Assembly (NCBI GenBank): GCA_002633005.1 | Contig: NMRA01000643.1 | Coordinates: 1-64,000 of the forward strand | Reading direction: 5' to 3' | DNA from: Phoronis australis | Taxonomy: Eukaryota > Animalia > Phoronida | DNA: 64,000 nucleotides | In this document: positions 25,601 through 38,295 of the stretch, piece after piece | Layout: each line of letters starts with the position of its first letter | Numbering within the stretch: the first letter of the stretch is position 1 | The notes under the pieces: model-generated | The model's database searches: none | The model's input: the letters and a program-made list of their open reading frames with translations, nothing else | What the model was told of the DNA's origin: nothing | Made by a program: the position numbers and the translations under genes

Positions 25601-26277
25601 ACTGAACGCCATTCCACCCAAAGACGTGATCGCCGTCTGGCGGGATATGGAATTTCAATATGGCGCGGCTATTTTGAAAATCACCTTTGCTTGTGTCTCG
25701 CAAGTATAGAAATACTAGCTAGTGACGGCCGCCTCCTAATTGATTGTCCGGCGAGGCTGGATTGTTGAATTATGTTAGAAACTCAAACTTTAAGTAAACA
25801 CAGTGTTGCTGTTACGTAGCCTAAGATTTCTCGCTACAAGTATTTCGCGAATATCTTGTGATACGGAACACGTCCCTCGCACAAGCTAAGCGCTGAGAAA
25901 TGGATACAATACAACAGTTGACGGAATATTCCTGAGCCACAAATATTTTACTAGTGCCGTTTTTGCTACATTGTAAAAGCTTATAAAGGTCAATGTTTTC
26001 TGTATAAATACCACAGGAAACCATAGTTACGAACCTAGGCCGCCTTCACGCCCGGGTGTCATGTTTTCAAAGATTTAGAAATGTACTATATCGCTAACGA
26101 AAATCATGTTAGAAAGTACGATGATATTATATTCATTCACGAAAAATATAGGTCAGCAACTACCTTAATGAAAATTACCTCATAAAACATATCCCCAGAA
26201 ATCATATACGCCCAGACGTGTACGTGGTCTAGCCAGTGTAATTTGAGTCCATGATCATGAGACCATACTGCCAACGT

Positions 26278-26790
26278 TGGCACTGTTCACTTAAACTGTA
26301 GCCGCTGCCAGTTTACACTCTCTATTAATTAAATTTTGGGAAGGCCAGGTTTGGCGTCAGTTTTGATGTATGTATTACAACTAGGTTTAATGTATCTGAT
26401 TATGATTGTGCACATGTTGTGAATGAGAAAATTCCACTAGTTCGGCTGTCGACATTTTTTTCATATCTTTGATGACCCCCTCAATGCATTGCTGCTCAGC
26501 GTCCAAAAAATCTGCTGCGATTTCAGGTAGCCCTCAAACAACCCAGAATTATAAAATTCTGATGAGACAGCAGCACTTTTGGGCCATATTTGTGGAATGA
26601 TAAGAAATTTGATTTCAGAATCTAATGTTGAATCACGTCGAGCATAAGTAGGAAAATGGTGGTTTTCGGCTGGAATCAGTCAATTTTGCATTTTCGTCAC
26701 CGTTTTTCGAATCCTCGCTTTCTTCTTCGGTGGACATGAAAAGGCTGAAGATATATTGAGGAAACTTACATGGCTCTCTTGATATTATTC
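26278..26790 (+). repeat. Interspersed repeat, copy 2 (related to 8611-9277)
   Basis: Colinear shared blocks, including GCGATTTCAGGTAGCCCTCAAACAA; heavily diverged elsewhere. Confidence 0.65.
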
Positions 26791-29700
26791 CAGTTCCGTT
26801 TGAGCCAAGACCATGCTTTAGACACGGCGCGCCTTACACGCCTCCAGAGGCGTCTGAACCAACCAGCGTCGCTTTCAAGAACGAGACTGCAGAAAATGGC
26901 TAGCACAAGGAAAATAACGACGGTCTTCCCCATTGTAATTCACCTAGCGAAGGAAGAAGAATAGGGGATAATTAGTTTTCACAGAATGACGTGCCTGGGA
27001 AATTGTTTGCCGCATTCAGCATAACAAAGAACTGTTTCCGAGAGAGTTACGAAGCTAAGGTTCGTCTACTGTAGGTCAAGTGAGCCGTAAACTTAGAAAA
27101 ACTAATGTAGCACTTCATTAACCTGAAGACATATAATAGGCCTAGATTTGTGCTGCCATTATGCTCGTAGTTTAGATCGAATCCTACTGTCTGAAATATG
27201 TAAAACAACTGAAATAACACTATTACGACAGCTTATTTGACTCTGATCTGTTTGAACACATCGGCTCCTTTTCTGCAACAGTCTTTATGAAAAGCGGTCA
27301 GTTCTTGTTTTAAAAACAGATCCCTGCGCGATATTTCTGGGTTGTTTTCACAAATCTGTTTCACTTACTCGCAGCCACTTAACTTAATTGTTTCAGTAAT
27401 TGTCACTTATACTAATTAGAACAAGTAATACTTAAAGACCGTTTCTTCAAAAATAAACGATATCTTGGCTGTGTCCCAAATCATCGCGCTATCGATGATG
27501 GAAAAGGGGACCATAGCATACTGGCGATACACAGTGCATAAATAGACAGCATCCTTGAACGTAGCCGACGCTGAGATCTCAGCGGCGAAAATCGATCTTT
27601 GCGTTCTGCTCTGCATCATCCTCTGTCTTACTGTCATAAAACGCATACATTACATAAAAATATCTAAAACAAAGGACTGAATGTCCACATTTTCGTTGCT
27701 TCCACAAGAGATGCTCCACAAGTTCATCTTTTAGACCGTGTCACGAGGACATCTTTTTGTTGAAACTGATTAAAGAAAACCCCATCTCACTTTTATTTGT
27801 TTTCTTTGGGCAACACGTCCACATGTTCTAAAATGCTGTTTGCCTTTCCCCTATGTTGACAATTAATTGTTCTATATAAATATTTAGAATTTTCACTAAC
27901 AACAAAGATAAGAAGTTGGTATCAGTACCAACTCAAAATGAATATTTAACTGCAGCCACAGTTAGTTGAAATATACTAGTTACTTTTCACTTGTAATGGT
28001 TTTCAATTTGGTCAATAGAAGCCCATGATTTTTGCGGATTTTTAAGAGTGGTGTGAACGCTCTCAAATTCAGGAATTTTTGCGGATTTTTCAGCAAGTTC
28101 ACTCTCAAAATTGCTTAATATGTGCCTGAGATAAAATAAAAGATTGTACTATCTAAATAGTGTATATTCGTTGACATTTAAGCCTCGAATAAATTATGGA
28201 GTCACATTCCGAACGATACACGAAACCTCATTTTATTATGCTGACAGATATTACGTACATCTTACCTACCTCAGTGTTCCATTGATGTTTTTCAGCACCA
28301 ACCCGGCTTATTTGTAGACTGGTTCGGTTAGCTGCTGTTATCAAGTTAACCAATCAAAGCCGTGTATTGCTCCTCACCATAAAAGTCACATCGCCTAAAT
28401 TATTTGACAAGATGAACACGGAAATATTCTTTATCAAGCCCGCCCATGTTTTCTCTCACGTCCGTCCCAGTTAACGTGACTCCGTCGTCCCTTGCGTTCA
28501 AATGGAAATCTCTGGGCGTTATCTGTTTTCATTCCAATAATTCAAACGCTTCTTCCCATCTTTATCATAAGAGGCGAGCAAAACCTGCCAAATACAACTT
28601 TAGAGGCAGATTTTAGCCTCACATATGTGAATGAGGTGGGGGAGGGCTGGGGGGAGTTGTGGGCAGTTGCCAACCCCCCTATGTTCAGGCAAAGTTATGG
28701 AAAATAACGACAAACAAGAAAAATTGAAGATTTGAACATACACTAGAAAAACACGTGAAGCATTAACATGTTTAATGAAGGATAGGTTGTTTTGTGAGAC
28801 ACCGCCATGTGGATCTATTTGCCTGACGCGAGATTTTTGAGGATCATTTGTACGATTGCAGATTTCACGGGCCTCAGGGTACTGACTGTCGTAAACGGAC
28901 ATTTCTGTTGTTTTGTATTGATGCGTTTCGCTCTGTTTGGCTGGCTAAAAACGAAAACCAGATTATTACATTTAATTGTTACATGTATTACTTATCGTCA
29001 TTTTTTTACCTTTGTCACTTCATTTTTATATCAACCCTTAGGGTTTATTTTGCATTACCCATCTCTTTTTATAGGCTAAAGGGTCTACTTTTGTATTCTT
29101 ACATTTCTCTACTCGACACCTGATTGGTCACTCGTATTTCTTTTGTTTAATTTAACGTGGTATAGTTCATTCAGCCACCAACCTCGTCATCTAGAACACC
29201 TACGTTTGTACTCTGCATTTTTCCCCACTCTCCATACCGGGTATCTGTTCAAATGTTTTCGCATTATACATTACCTGTTAGTCCTTTTTCAATTTTTTGT
29301 TTGTTATAATCTTGTCTTTGTACATTTTCTTTAAGCCGTTCAGGCAGTTCTTAAGTCTTGTTTTGGTTCCGTCATTAATGCCAATTCATTGTACACGCCG
29401 GTGGCGTTTTTTTCCATGGCCAATCTTGCAGAATCTTCTTTAGTTCTTCTACTTACGTAATAATAAATGGCATTATTCTCAATCCTAATCTTGTTTTACT
29501 TTGCAACGTAGCTCGTGGCGTACCCCGGACAAAATAGATTACGATAAAGGCCTTTCACTCCGCCCACAAAATTAGCCTGATACTTAACTTACCGTGATAG
29601 GAGTCCGCTTCAGTTATCAACAAGAACATCAAAACCATCAGCAACTCACTGCTTCAGAGTTTATTGTGTTTGGCCAACCTTAAAATTGCGAATTAAAAAT

Positions 29701-32676
29701 GGAGCATGTACGCATTGCGTGTGACTTGGGTTGCTGGCAACAGTTCAAGAACGAGCATGAGCGTGGTTATGTTTTTAAACCCCAAAAGCTCTGAACGTTG
29801 AGAGCTTGACAATGGCGAGATGCCGTTTTAAATTCTAGTTAGTCTCTAAAACCGTGACAGACCATCGCGGGAATGCACCAGAATTCGTCGCTCGGATTTG
29901 GAAAAATTCTTGGGGGAAGAGCCCTCAAACTTCCGATGATACCCTTTACGAGCCTTTGTGCAGTTTTTCAACAAAAAAAACACCAGACCTCGACTGAAAT
30001 TGATGCAGGTCGGCGTTTTTTTTTAGCAGTTTGGTGAGCACAGGTCTCAAAATGAGTGGGGCAATGGTCAAACCTCACCTCAGGTTTTTGCGAGATATCG
30101 TCTTAAAGCAAAACACGTAGCTTCCTTTACGAGTTTCTTTTTTCTACTTAACTGGTCGCCAATAAACGAAAATATAAAATTTTAGCAACACAAGAGCAAA
30201 TTGTTCTCATTCAGCAAAATCGGAGAATCGTACGTGTTAAAGAAACTGTAACCGTTACAGGGAATGCTGATAAATTGGCTTTTGGAGGCCGAGTAGGGGC
30301 AGAGCATACGCACACTAAGTAATGTTAAAAGTCCTGAAGAAACGTCTGATGCGAAACTGTTTTTAATCAATGTGAACGGACCTGATGTGACCGGCGTAGA
30401 CCCACATGTTTGTATAGTCAGTTTCTAAACCGAAGCCTTGAGACCGAAATACATGTAAGACTTGGCCTCCTTGATAACAGTGAACTTCAGGTATGTTGTT
30501 GTTAAAATTTCAGCAACACCCGACTCAACAGAATGTGAAAGTAATTTACCGACATGTTTATCACAAATATCGTGACAAACTTTTACCAAAAGCAGTATTT
30601 TAATAGATCTACTTCAATTTCCGAATAAATCATTTACATTTTTCGTGACTATCATCCAGCTATTCGTGCAGAGCGGTATCGCAATTTCTTTTTTTAAGGT
30701 AGTACCGGGTATAACGCTTTCCTTCTCGAGGGAATGCGCACGTGAGTAAAGTCAGCTACAAGGTGATGACCTTGACATTCACTGAAGTGTGAGGCTATTT
30801 TAAACTGCCATTTTTTGACATGCTTAACCTAGACTGACTTATTTAATATAAGTATTTATAGACACAGGGCTACAGGTAGAAACCTAATGGAGCCTAAATC
30901 GGCAAATCACAACGTTACTTTTGGTAGTTGCAATGCCCAGTGAAGCAAACGATCAGTGCATGCGCTTTTTACCATAATGGATAGAGTCGCATAGGCCGTT
31001 CTGCATTTGTGTCAATCACCCGTGACCAAGGCTGCGTTCCGTAGGCCCAGAACACTAGCATGGTGCACTTGTGACGAGAAAACGTCACATACGGAACGGA
31101 AGCAGTGAATTCTATCCGGTAATTCGTGAATTCGACACCCAACCTCACCGACCAATCACTTCAGTAATCGACATTTTGCTAGGTTACCCCAATAAGGTGT
31201 AAGTCTAGCATACTCGACAACATCACGACATTGGAGTGAATCTAAAAAGGGACCCATTAGTAATGAACTTCCAAGGTCAACCAATAAAGACTAACATGCA
31301 CAAGAAGCGGTGCCATGTTTTCAGAAATTAGAACATTTTTGCAATCAAAGCTTTAAAAACCTTCCATAGATTAGTGTAGAAACCTTTTGCCAGAGTGAAC
31401 TTTTTTGTTGAATTTTATCAGAAAGAACACTCTCTTGGAGGGAAATTGGTTGTGCAAAAATCGCGTTCTGTATATTTCTTCTATAGGAGTACCCCTGAGG
31501 ACAAAAATGCTAATATGACCCATAAGTCCTCCAATTTGGTCGGCCCGCGTAGATTTGAGGACCTGAAAATTAATTTATACATCACCACGAGTTTCTAAAA
31601 TGATCACTAAGTGAGGCAACAGCATCAGTGTCCCTATACACGGTGGACGATTGCTTTCTTAGAGTCAAAGGTGACTCTCCCTGTCACCCACTGCAACGAA
31701 CAAGTGCATACGATACAATCACTTGGCAGCAGGGGCCACTGGTTTCACGTAACCAGTCGTTTAAATTTTCTCATGAAATTTCCTACCCAGTTCTCGTTCC
31801 ACAAGCATTAATTCTTTATGCTAAACGTTATAACTAGCTAAAGGAGTCCTCGTAATGGCCGTTCTATGTAACAATGAACGTATTCGAAGATTCCCAATCA
31901 AATACTTGAATGTGTTTTGTAAGATGAACAAGTCTCCTCATTTTTAAGCCCCATGCAGCGCCATCTTTGAAAATCGTTGCTTTAGGTCTCGATTTGGGTG
32001 GAACCTTTTGTTCCATTTCTTTAATACGACGAATTAGTGCGCCTAATTAAACGTGGTAAAGATATTGACTAAATGTAGTTCACTGACTACCTGAACGGAA
32101 AAGTATGCTGCCGATAACTTGATTTATTTCAGTTCAGAAGCTTGAGGCTTCGGCTTCGGTTGATTCAACCACTCGACAAAAGACCATTAATTTTTTTAAC
32201 AATGCTTCCCTGTCTTTTTTTTATTAAAATATAAGTGAAGGCGCCAAGCGCAATAAATCAATCTAAGTCCTGTAGTGGCATAGAATAATATTTTATTTCT
32301 CCCATGGGCGTTGTTAAAACTAATAAAATCGCAGCCAATACAAGGAAATAAATAGCGAAAATTTAGAAATCACAAACTTGAGATATTACTCCAAATGACC
32401 CTTCACAATTTAATTGTCGATAATAATAATTCAGTTTTGAAAACGCAAGAATCACGCGATATTTCGCGAAGTCTTGCGCGTTAATGTGTTTTTGCTAGAT
32501 TCTTGGAATGCATGCCTGGTTTCACCACTGCGTCTCGCCTTATTTTCTTCTGGTAACAGGCAAGTGCAAGTTAACGTATCTAAAAAAAATGGCTGATTCA
32601 TACACAATTTAAGTTTATGTTGCTTGTGCAGATGTATGACCAGCTGTATTGTGACTGGTTTTAGCCATTTAAAAAC

Positions 32677-32688
32677 TATCTATCTGCC

Positions 32689-32740
<52 letters not shown>

Positions 32741-32760
32741 CACCTGTCTGTCTATCTATC
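32677..32760. repeat. (TCTG)n/(TCTA)n microsatellite
   Basis: Direct reading of ctatctatctgcctgtctgtctg...ctatctatc. Confidence 0.95.
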
Positions 32761-35700
32761 CCACCAATATAGACTAAACTGTACAAGAACCGGTGCCACG
32801 TCGTCAGAAATTAGACCTCTTTTACAATCGCCCGTAGATTTGAGAACCTGTAGAACAATATACCCATATTGATGATTTTCAGTAAACTGTGTGAGCTTGT
32901 AATACGAAAAAATCTCTGGCTTACTGCTCGAAACAGCAAAGTAAGTAAACTAGTAATTACGCATCTGGAATAATTCTAGACCCTTAGACACCATTTTCGC
33001 GAAACTATACACAGGTTTCAGTCACGATATGGTCCATCAACTCATTCCAGGGCGGGTTTTTTTTTCTCAGTATATCTCCGGAGTTCATAGCTTGAGGTAG
33101 GTGTTTCTTACGATTCGTTTGTACCTCCCAAAGAATGATTTTGGCACCCCTATCAAGTAAACTTTATAGGACAAACCTCCGACCCCCTACAAAAAAAAAC
33201 CTTACCATAAACGCGGGAGTGCGTAACGTGATCAGGTTTAAAAATGACTTTCTCGCGAAACGTTGTTGGAGCATATGTACTCGACCTTCTGGTGACTGTC
33301 TCCTCTAGGTTTGTCCTCACCAAACAACAAAGTTCGCCTTCTTATGGCGACAGGGCGCGGGGTACGGTGCGAAATTGGTGAAGACCAGGGGTGGGGTAAA
33401 GTGGTGGCGGTGGAGAAGAATCTGCCTTTGGGACCACGTTGCAAAAGTTTGGCAAAATGGAATTAGTTTGTACCTTTCAATATAATGTTTACCTGTTTAG
33501 CGGGCCTATTAAAGCCACCAACGAGAGCGGTGAGACTTTTGTCGGGGTATAACTGGTGCCAACAGGGGCTGCATATGGAAATGAAACATGGGTCGACATA
33601 GAAGCGAAAGGGTGGAGGCGGAGCTGTAGTCAACAGGGAGAGGGTTGCCCTCACATTTGTTTCACCCTTACCTCAAAGCAAAACTTTCTTGTGCCTATCG
33701 AAACGTTTTTCTGCAACTCGTGGTTCTTTGGAGCAAAAGACACAGGGTCGTGCCGATGAATCTTCAGGGCTTTGAAGAAACAGCATAACTTGCCACGCTC
33801 CATTGTCACCACAAATCACAATACGTAGATAGGGTTCTTCGACGTAAACTCGAGGACCGTAGGAACCCGGGGACCAGGTACCACCACATAATTTGCAGGG
33901 TGAAACCATGACGACCCGTATAAGCGTAGGACCAGAAGCAGGGGGCAGTTGAAAAAAGAGAAACACAGTGGAGGATGTAGAAGAGAGAAAATTTAAAGAG
34001 AACATTCGTCAACAACCAGTGGATTTACTCTTTTACAGCTCTAACCAGGAAATTTTTAGGGGGCTCATTTTTTGCCGTACAGATCGTCTAAATATCCTTG
34101 AAACGTGATTTCATTCATTTATACTTCGCGAAAAATCGAGAAACGTTGTTATAAACAGATTTTTAAGAGCAAATGAGTTCAGATGTTTGTATTGAAGAAG
34201 ACACTGTGTTTTTCCATGGTGTTGTCTCTGGTAAGGCACAAGAAAGCAACTCTGTCTTCTGTTTTTTCGAAATTGATATAAATTGGGAACATGAAGACAG
34301 CAACATATGCTGCTCATTTCCGGTTTTGGATATATATTTCATCAGGTGTCCCATTCCATGGAGAGTGTCTTACGGTAGTACCCATGGCTATCCTTTTCCT
34401 GTTTTTATTCATATCCTTCTTCTTAGGAGGACATTCACGTTTCAATAGTGGAATCAATTGCACAGCCTTTCCCGTTTTTGTGAAATCGTAGAAACTTTTA
34501 TGTTAGGGAAGGTAACTTCTCGGACGGTCATCCGATGACGGAATTGAATGTCACTCTTTTCCGTTTTTGTAGTTAGATATTCAATCATAATAAGAGACCC
34601 ATTCTGCGTTTCTCTCTTGGAAGGTTGGCCAGGGGAAGTTGCCCCTTTACCTCCTATAAATCAGACACTGCAAACTATTTACGAGGGAAAGTACGTAAAT
34701 CTCAAATTGCTCGAAAAACAGCTGTTTCAAGTCATTCGGCACATAGACAAAAAGTATGAGACCACCATCGAAAGGCTGAAAAATTGAAAAACTTGAAGAA
34801 CACTAGTTTTTAATTCCTTTGAAGTTTGTTATTTGGAACGCATTATCGATGAAGAGGGAGTTTCAAACATGTGTATCATAGAGGGGGTATTATTTTTATG
34901 ACCGTGTACTGTGTACATAACGGATAAAAAGACTGAAAGTGTCTTGAACCAGCAATCGTAAACGAAGCTACAAAAGCGACTGATTCGTGTACGATATTTT
35001 GACAATTAGAAGTTAACCATGTTAGAAACTGATGATGATTCAGTAAACTTAGATGCGCGCTGAAGTTTTGGGAAAATTTATATCATCTTACCAAAACAGC
35101 AAAGAGTGCTACGTGATTTTCTCCAGTCTGAAAAAACCTTCTAAGAAATGGACGTTTCAGCGAACTTTGACAAAGGTTGGTGAAGGTCGGTCAGTTCTAT
35201 ATCATTTACTTCCAAAGGAGGAAGCCACCAAAAACTTGCAGGTATCCGTGTTTCAACAAGGGATCTACTGACACCCCCTAAGACACTTTTCGAAGTATGC
35301 ATGACCCTAATAAAATTAACTTTCCTCAGACTGGAACCTAATAAAGTGAGTCTTGACTTTAGGCCTCGTTTTCCTTCTTTGAAGTTTCTTAGAAGCCGTT
35401 CTTTCTGCACAATTCCGAGATGGTGTTCTTTCTCCTTGTATTTCACCGGATTTCCCAGCCCGCGTTAGGAGTTTCTTACGTAACTACTATACCCGGCCCC
35501 TAAAAGTGATTTTGGCAGTGTCAGCTTCATAGCACTCTAAGGTCAATATCGTGCAAAAGCGAGGAATCTAGAATTTGAGACCATGGATGGAGCAAGATTT
35601 AGCGAAATCACATTAGTTTGTGCCCTCCCTCCAATATTGTTTACCTCCGTAAGGCCAGGGCTTGCATTCTGAAAGTTTGCAGTGGAGACGTAGCTCTAAT

Positions 35701-36024
35701 TTTCGGAATGGCAAACCCATGCATGCCTCCATTCATCAAAGCATCGGGGAACCTGGTAGAGACATTAAACCTTCCGCGTCCTCCACCAAATCAAAACTAC
35801 ACGATCTCGAGCAACGTTGTTTTCACCACAGTGATTCAAATTGGGTGCTGAGAGACCATTTACGTTGGGTCTAAAACAATATCATAACAACCGCAAAATG
35901 TGTTTGAACACTAACGGCATTGATTTGGCCTTGTTGACTGACGAAATTCGAGTTCGGATACCTATGCGTACTAGCTAGCACCAGGTACTATGAAGCTGAA
36001 CAAACGCCATCTACAAGTCTGCAC

Positions 36025-37137
36025 TCACTCTCGAACAAATAAGGTGAACACAGACTTCGATTGAGTTCTGCCACATGCGGTCACGGTCCCGCTTCTGATG
36101 GTTGCCTTCACCTCTTTTTTGCATTTTGAACAGATCACGAGTCGCAACTCGTTTCGAAATTTGGAGCCGTTGACACAGTACAGGAAAAAGTTGAAGGCAT
36201 AGTTGGACATCATGAGGGTATGTAAAGCTTTGAAAGTAAGTTTACATATTTCCCCTTCAGGACCAGGATTATGCAGGGAGCATCTCACCTCCATTATTCT
36301 GAGTGTTCGGAATAGTAACAGAGGGAAGTCTGTGATGACAAAGAAGAACGCAGCAAACAGTAGCATTCGAGTCATCTGATGGTCTCGTCGGTAAAAATTT
36401 CGCACGAATCCGGCATTGTGCCTTGACATCCTTACTCTCTGTTTGCCAAGACCCACCAGAAGAGAGATGTTGAATACTAGAATAAGAGAACCAGGAACTA
36501 GTCCTTCTATACTGACCTCGAACATGCTGAACTTTCGAACAATGTCCATATAACGAGCGTTGTAGGCGACACATAAACCATTATGGACACTCACTAACCA
36601 AATATTCTTCACTCCAGTTAAAGATATGAGAAAGATAATTCCAATAACGACACACACGGCTCTTTTGGGGGTGCAAATGGTGAGGCAACGGAGCGGAAAT
36701 AGTACTGCAATCATGCGGTCGGTAGTCAACGCAACCAGAGTCCAGTTAGAAATCCTACGAGTGCTCTGTAAACAAGTTTTCCATATTACGCACACGGCGG
36801 GGTTACTTATGACTTCGGTATAAACTGTACCAACGAAGAGATTGATAAGATTAAAGAACAAGGCAAGGATATCAAAACAAGCTAAGTTGATGAAGTAGAC
36901 ACCACAGGAAGTCATACGAAACGATCTCCGCGTAAACACACACAGCGACAACGTGTTTCCTACCACTGAGATCGAAAAGTAGACCGGAATAATCAGTCGA
37001 ACAATCTTTGGCATTAAATCTGTCTGATGTGTGCAACTTCGAAAATCCTCCACAGTAGTGCTATTGATGTACTTCGAATCATTAATTGGAAGCCCAGTTG
37101 TATGTGTCATGTCGGAATCAAGTTCAGTGAAATTCAT
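36025..37137 (-). CDS. Intronless rhodopsin-family GPCR, FMRFamide/peptide-receptor-like, 370 aa
   Basis: Seven hydrophobic segments: TM1 GNTLS, TM2 NLACFD, TM3 WTLVALTTDRMIAVLFPL, TM5 VP..LI..FN, TM6 TRMLL...FP, TM7 SNYAFNFFLYC followed by GSKFR helix 8. N-terminal N-glycosylation sequons (NFT, NST). Confidence 0.95.
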   Translation of the reverse strand: MNFTELDSDMTHTTGLPINDSKYINSTTVEDFRSCTHQTDLMPKIVRLIIPVYFSISVVGNTLSLCVFTRRSFRMTSCGVYFINLACFDILALFFNLINLFVGTVYTEVISNPAVCVIWKTCLQSTRRISNWTLVALTTDRMIAVLFPLRCLTICTPKRAVCVVIGIIFLISLTGVKNIWLVSVHNGLCVAYNARYMDIVRKFSMFEVSIEGLVPGSLILVFNISLLVGLGKQRVRMSRHNAGFVRNFYRRDHQMTRMLLFAAFFFVITDFPLLLFRTLRIMEVRCSLHNPGPEGEICKLTFKALHTLMMSNYAFNFFLYCVNGSKFRNELRLVICSKCKKEVKATIRSGTVTACGRTQSKSVFTLFVRE

Positions 37138-37454
37138 TTCTGTGTTGCCTGAACTAGTTAGTTGCTTGTAAAAAACGAAATGCGAGGGCGAAGACAGACG
37201 TTAAGACTCTCCAAGTCAATCGCATTCTTGCATTGAGGTCTAATTATGTTTCTTAATGCCATGGCCAACCTTGCTTGAAAGTAAAGTACGCCCACATTTA
37301 AAACCTCAAACTATACATCTTCCAGAAAAAAATTGTGGTTGTACAACACGAAATACAGACGATGCATGACTACTGATTGGCGGTACTTGTTATAAAACTA
37401 TTATTCGGTGTCTAGTCCATTGAATAAGAAGACGCCATTTAACGGAAAGTCTCT

Positions 37455-38295
37455 TTTATGATCGACATATGTCCCGAATGATATATGATAGTTCGTGCGT
37501 CGCAAGTTCGTTACCAGAGATGAAACCAAGACCGGGGTAGGCGATATAAGGTCATTTATTATGACTAATAGAATTACAAGTAAGGTCATTTATATGACTA
37601 GTACAATAACAAGTAAGACAAGTTATATGACTAATACAATTACAAATAATAAGTAGTGACTAAACATAAGTAAGGTAAAAAATACTAATCTCTGGTAAGA
37701 TGGGCAAATGAAAAGCACCGGCCACGTGGAGGTACATGTACGAGGGAATGCCGAAAAGAGGGAAGGTAGGGGGTGGGGAAAATGTAAGAAGTTTTAGACG
37801 TACGTCGACGAGGCTGGAACTTAGCAGGTGAACAGGAAACGAGGTTACAATAACAATGTGAATTCCTAAGCACACGTGACAATCATCAGCCTATGAGAGC
37901 CCAGAGCTAACCAAACTCTGGGCACGTGATGACAACTGACCAATGAGGCTGGTAGAACGAGTAGTCCTACACAAAGGAATTAATGGACTAGAACGAATTG
38001 AGGGGGAAAGGAGTGAGACGGGCCCATGTGCTCACATAAATATATTTAACGAGTGAAACACCATTTATGATCGACATATGTCCCGAATGATATATAATAG
38101 TTTGTGCGTCGCAAGCTTGTTACCAGAGATGAAACCAAGACCGGGGTAGGCGATAAAAGGTCATTTATTATGACTAATACAGTTACAAGTAAGGTCAGTT
38201 ATATGGCTAATTGAATTACAAATAATAGGTAGTGACTAAACATAAGTAAGGTAAAAAATACTAATCTCTGGTAATATGGGCAAATAAAAAGCGCC
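37455..38295 (+). repeat. Pair of ~230-260-bp direct repeats separated by a ~345-bp spacer
   Basis: 37455-37716 and 38064-38292 both run TTTATGATCGACATATGTCCCGAATG...AATACTAATCTCTGGTAA.ATGGGCAAAT.AAAAGC. They differ mainly in the copy number of an internal ~32-bp subrepeat (ATGACTAATACAATTACAAGTAAGGTCA). Confidence 0.9.

Noticed and set aside
8611-26790. The two repeat copies as terminal direct repeats of one 18-kb composite element
   Set aside because: The copies are too diverged from each other, and no matching transposase/nuclease pair or shared TSD is visible.
30325-30365. CTGAAGA...CGAAAC hammerhead-ribozyme-like core
   Set aside because: Stem II pairing is poor and no convincing stem I/III partner lies adjacent; it would need a covariance-model hit.
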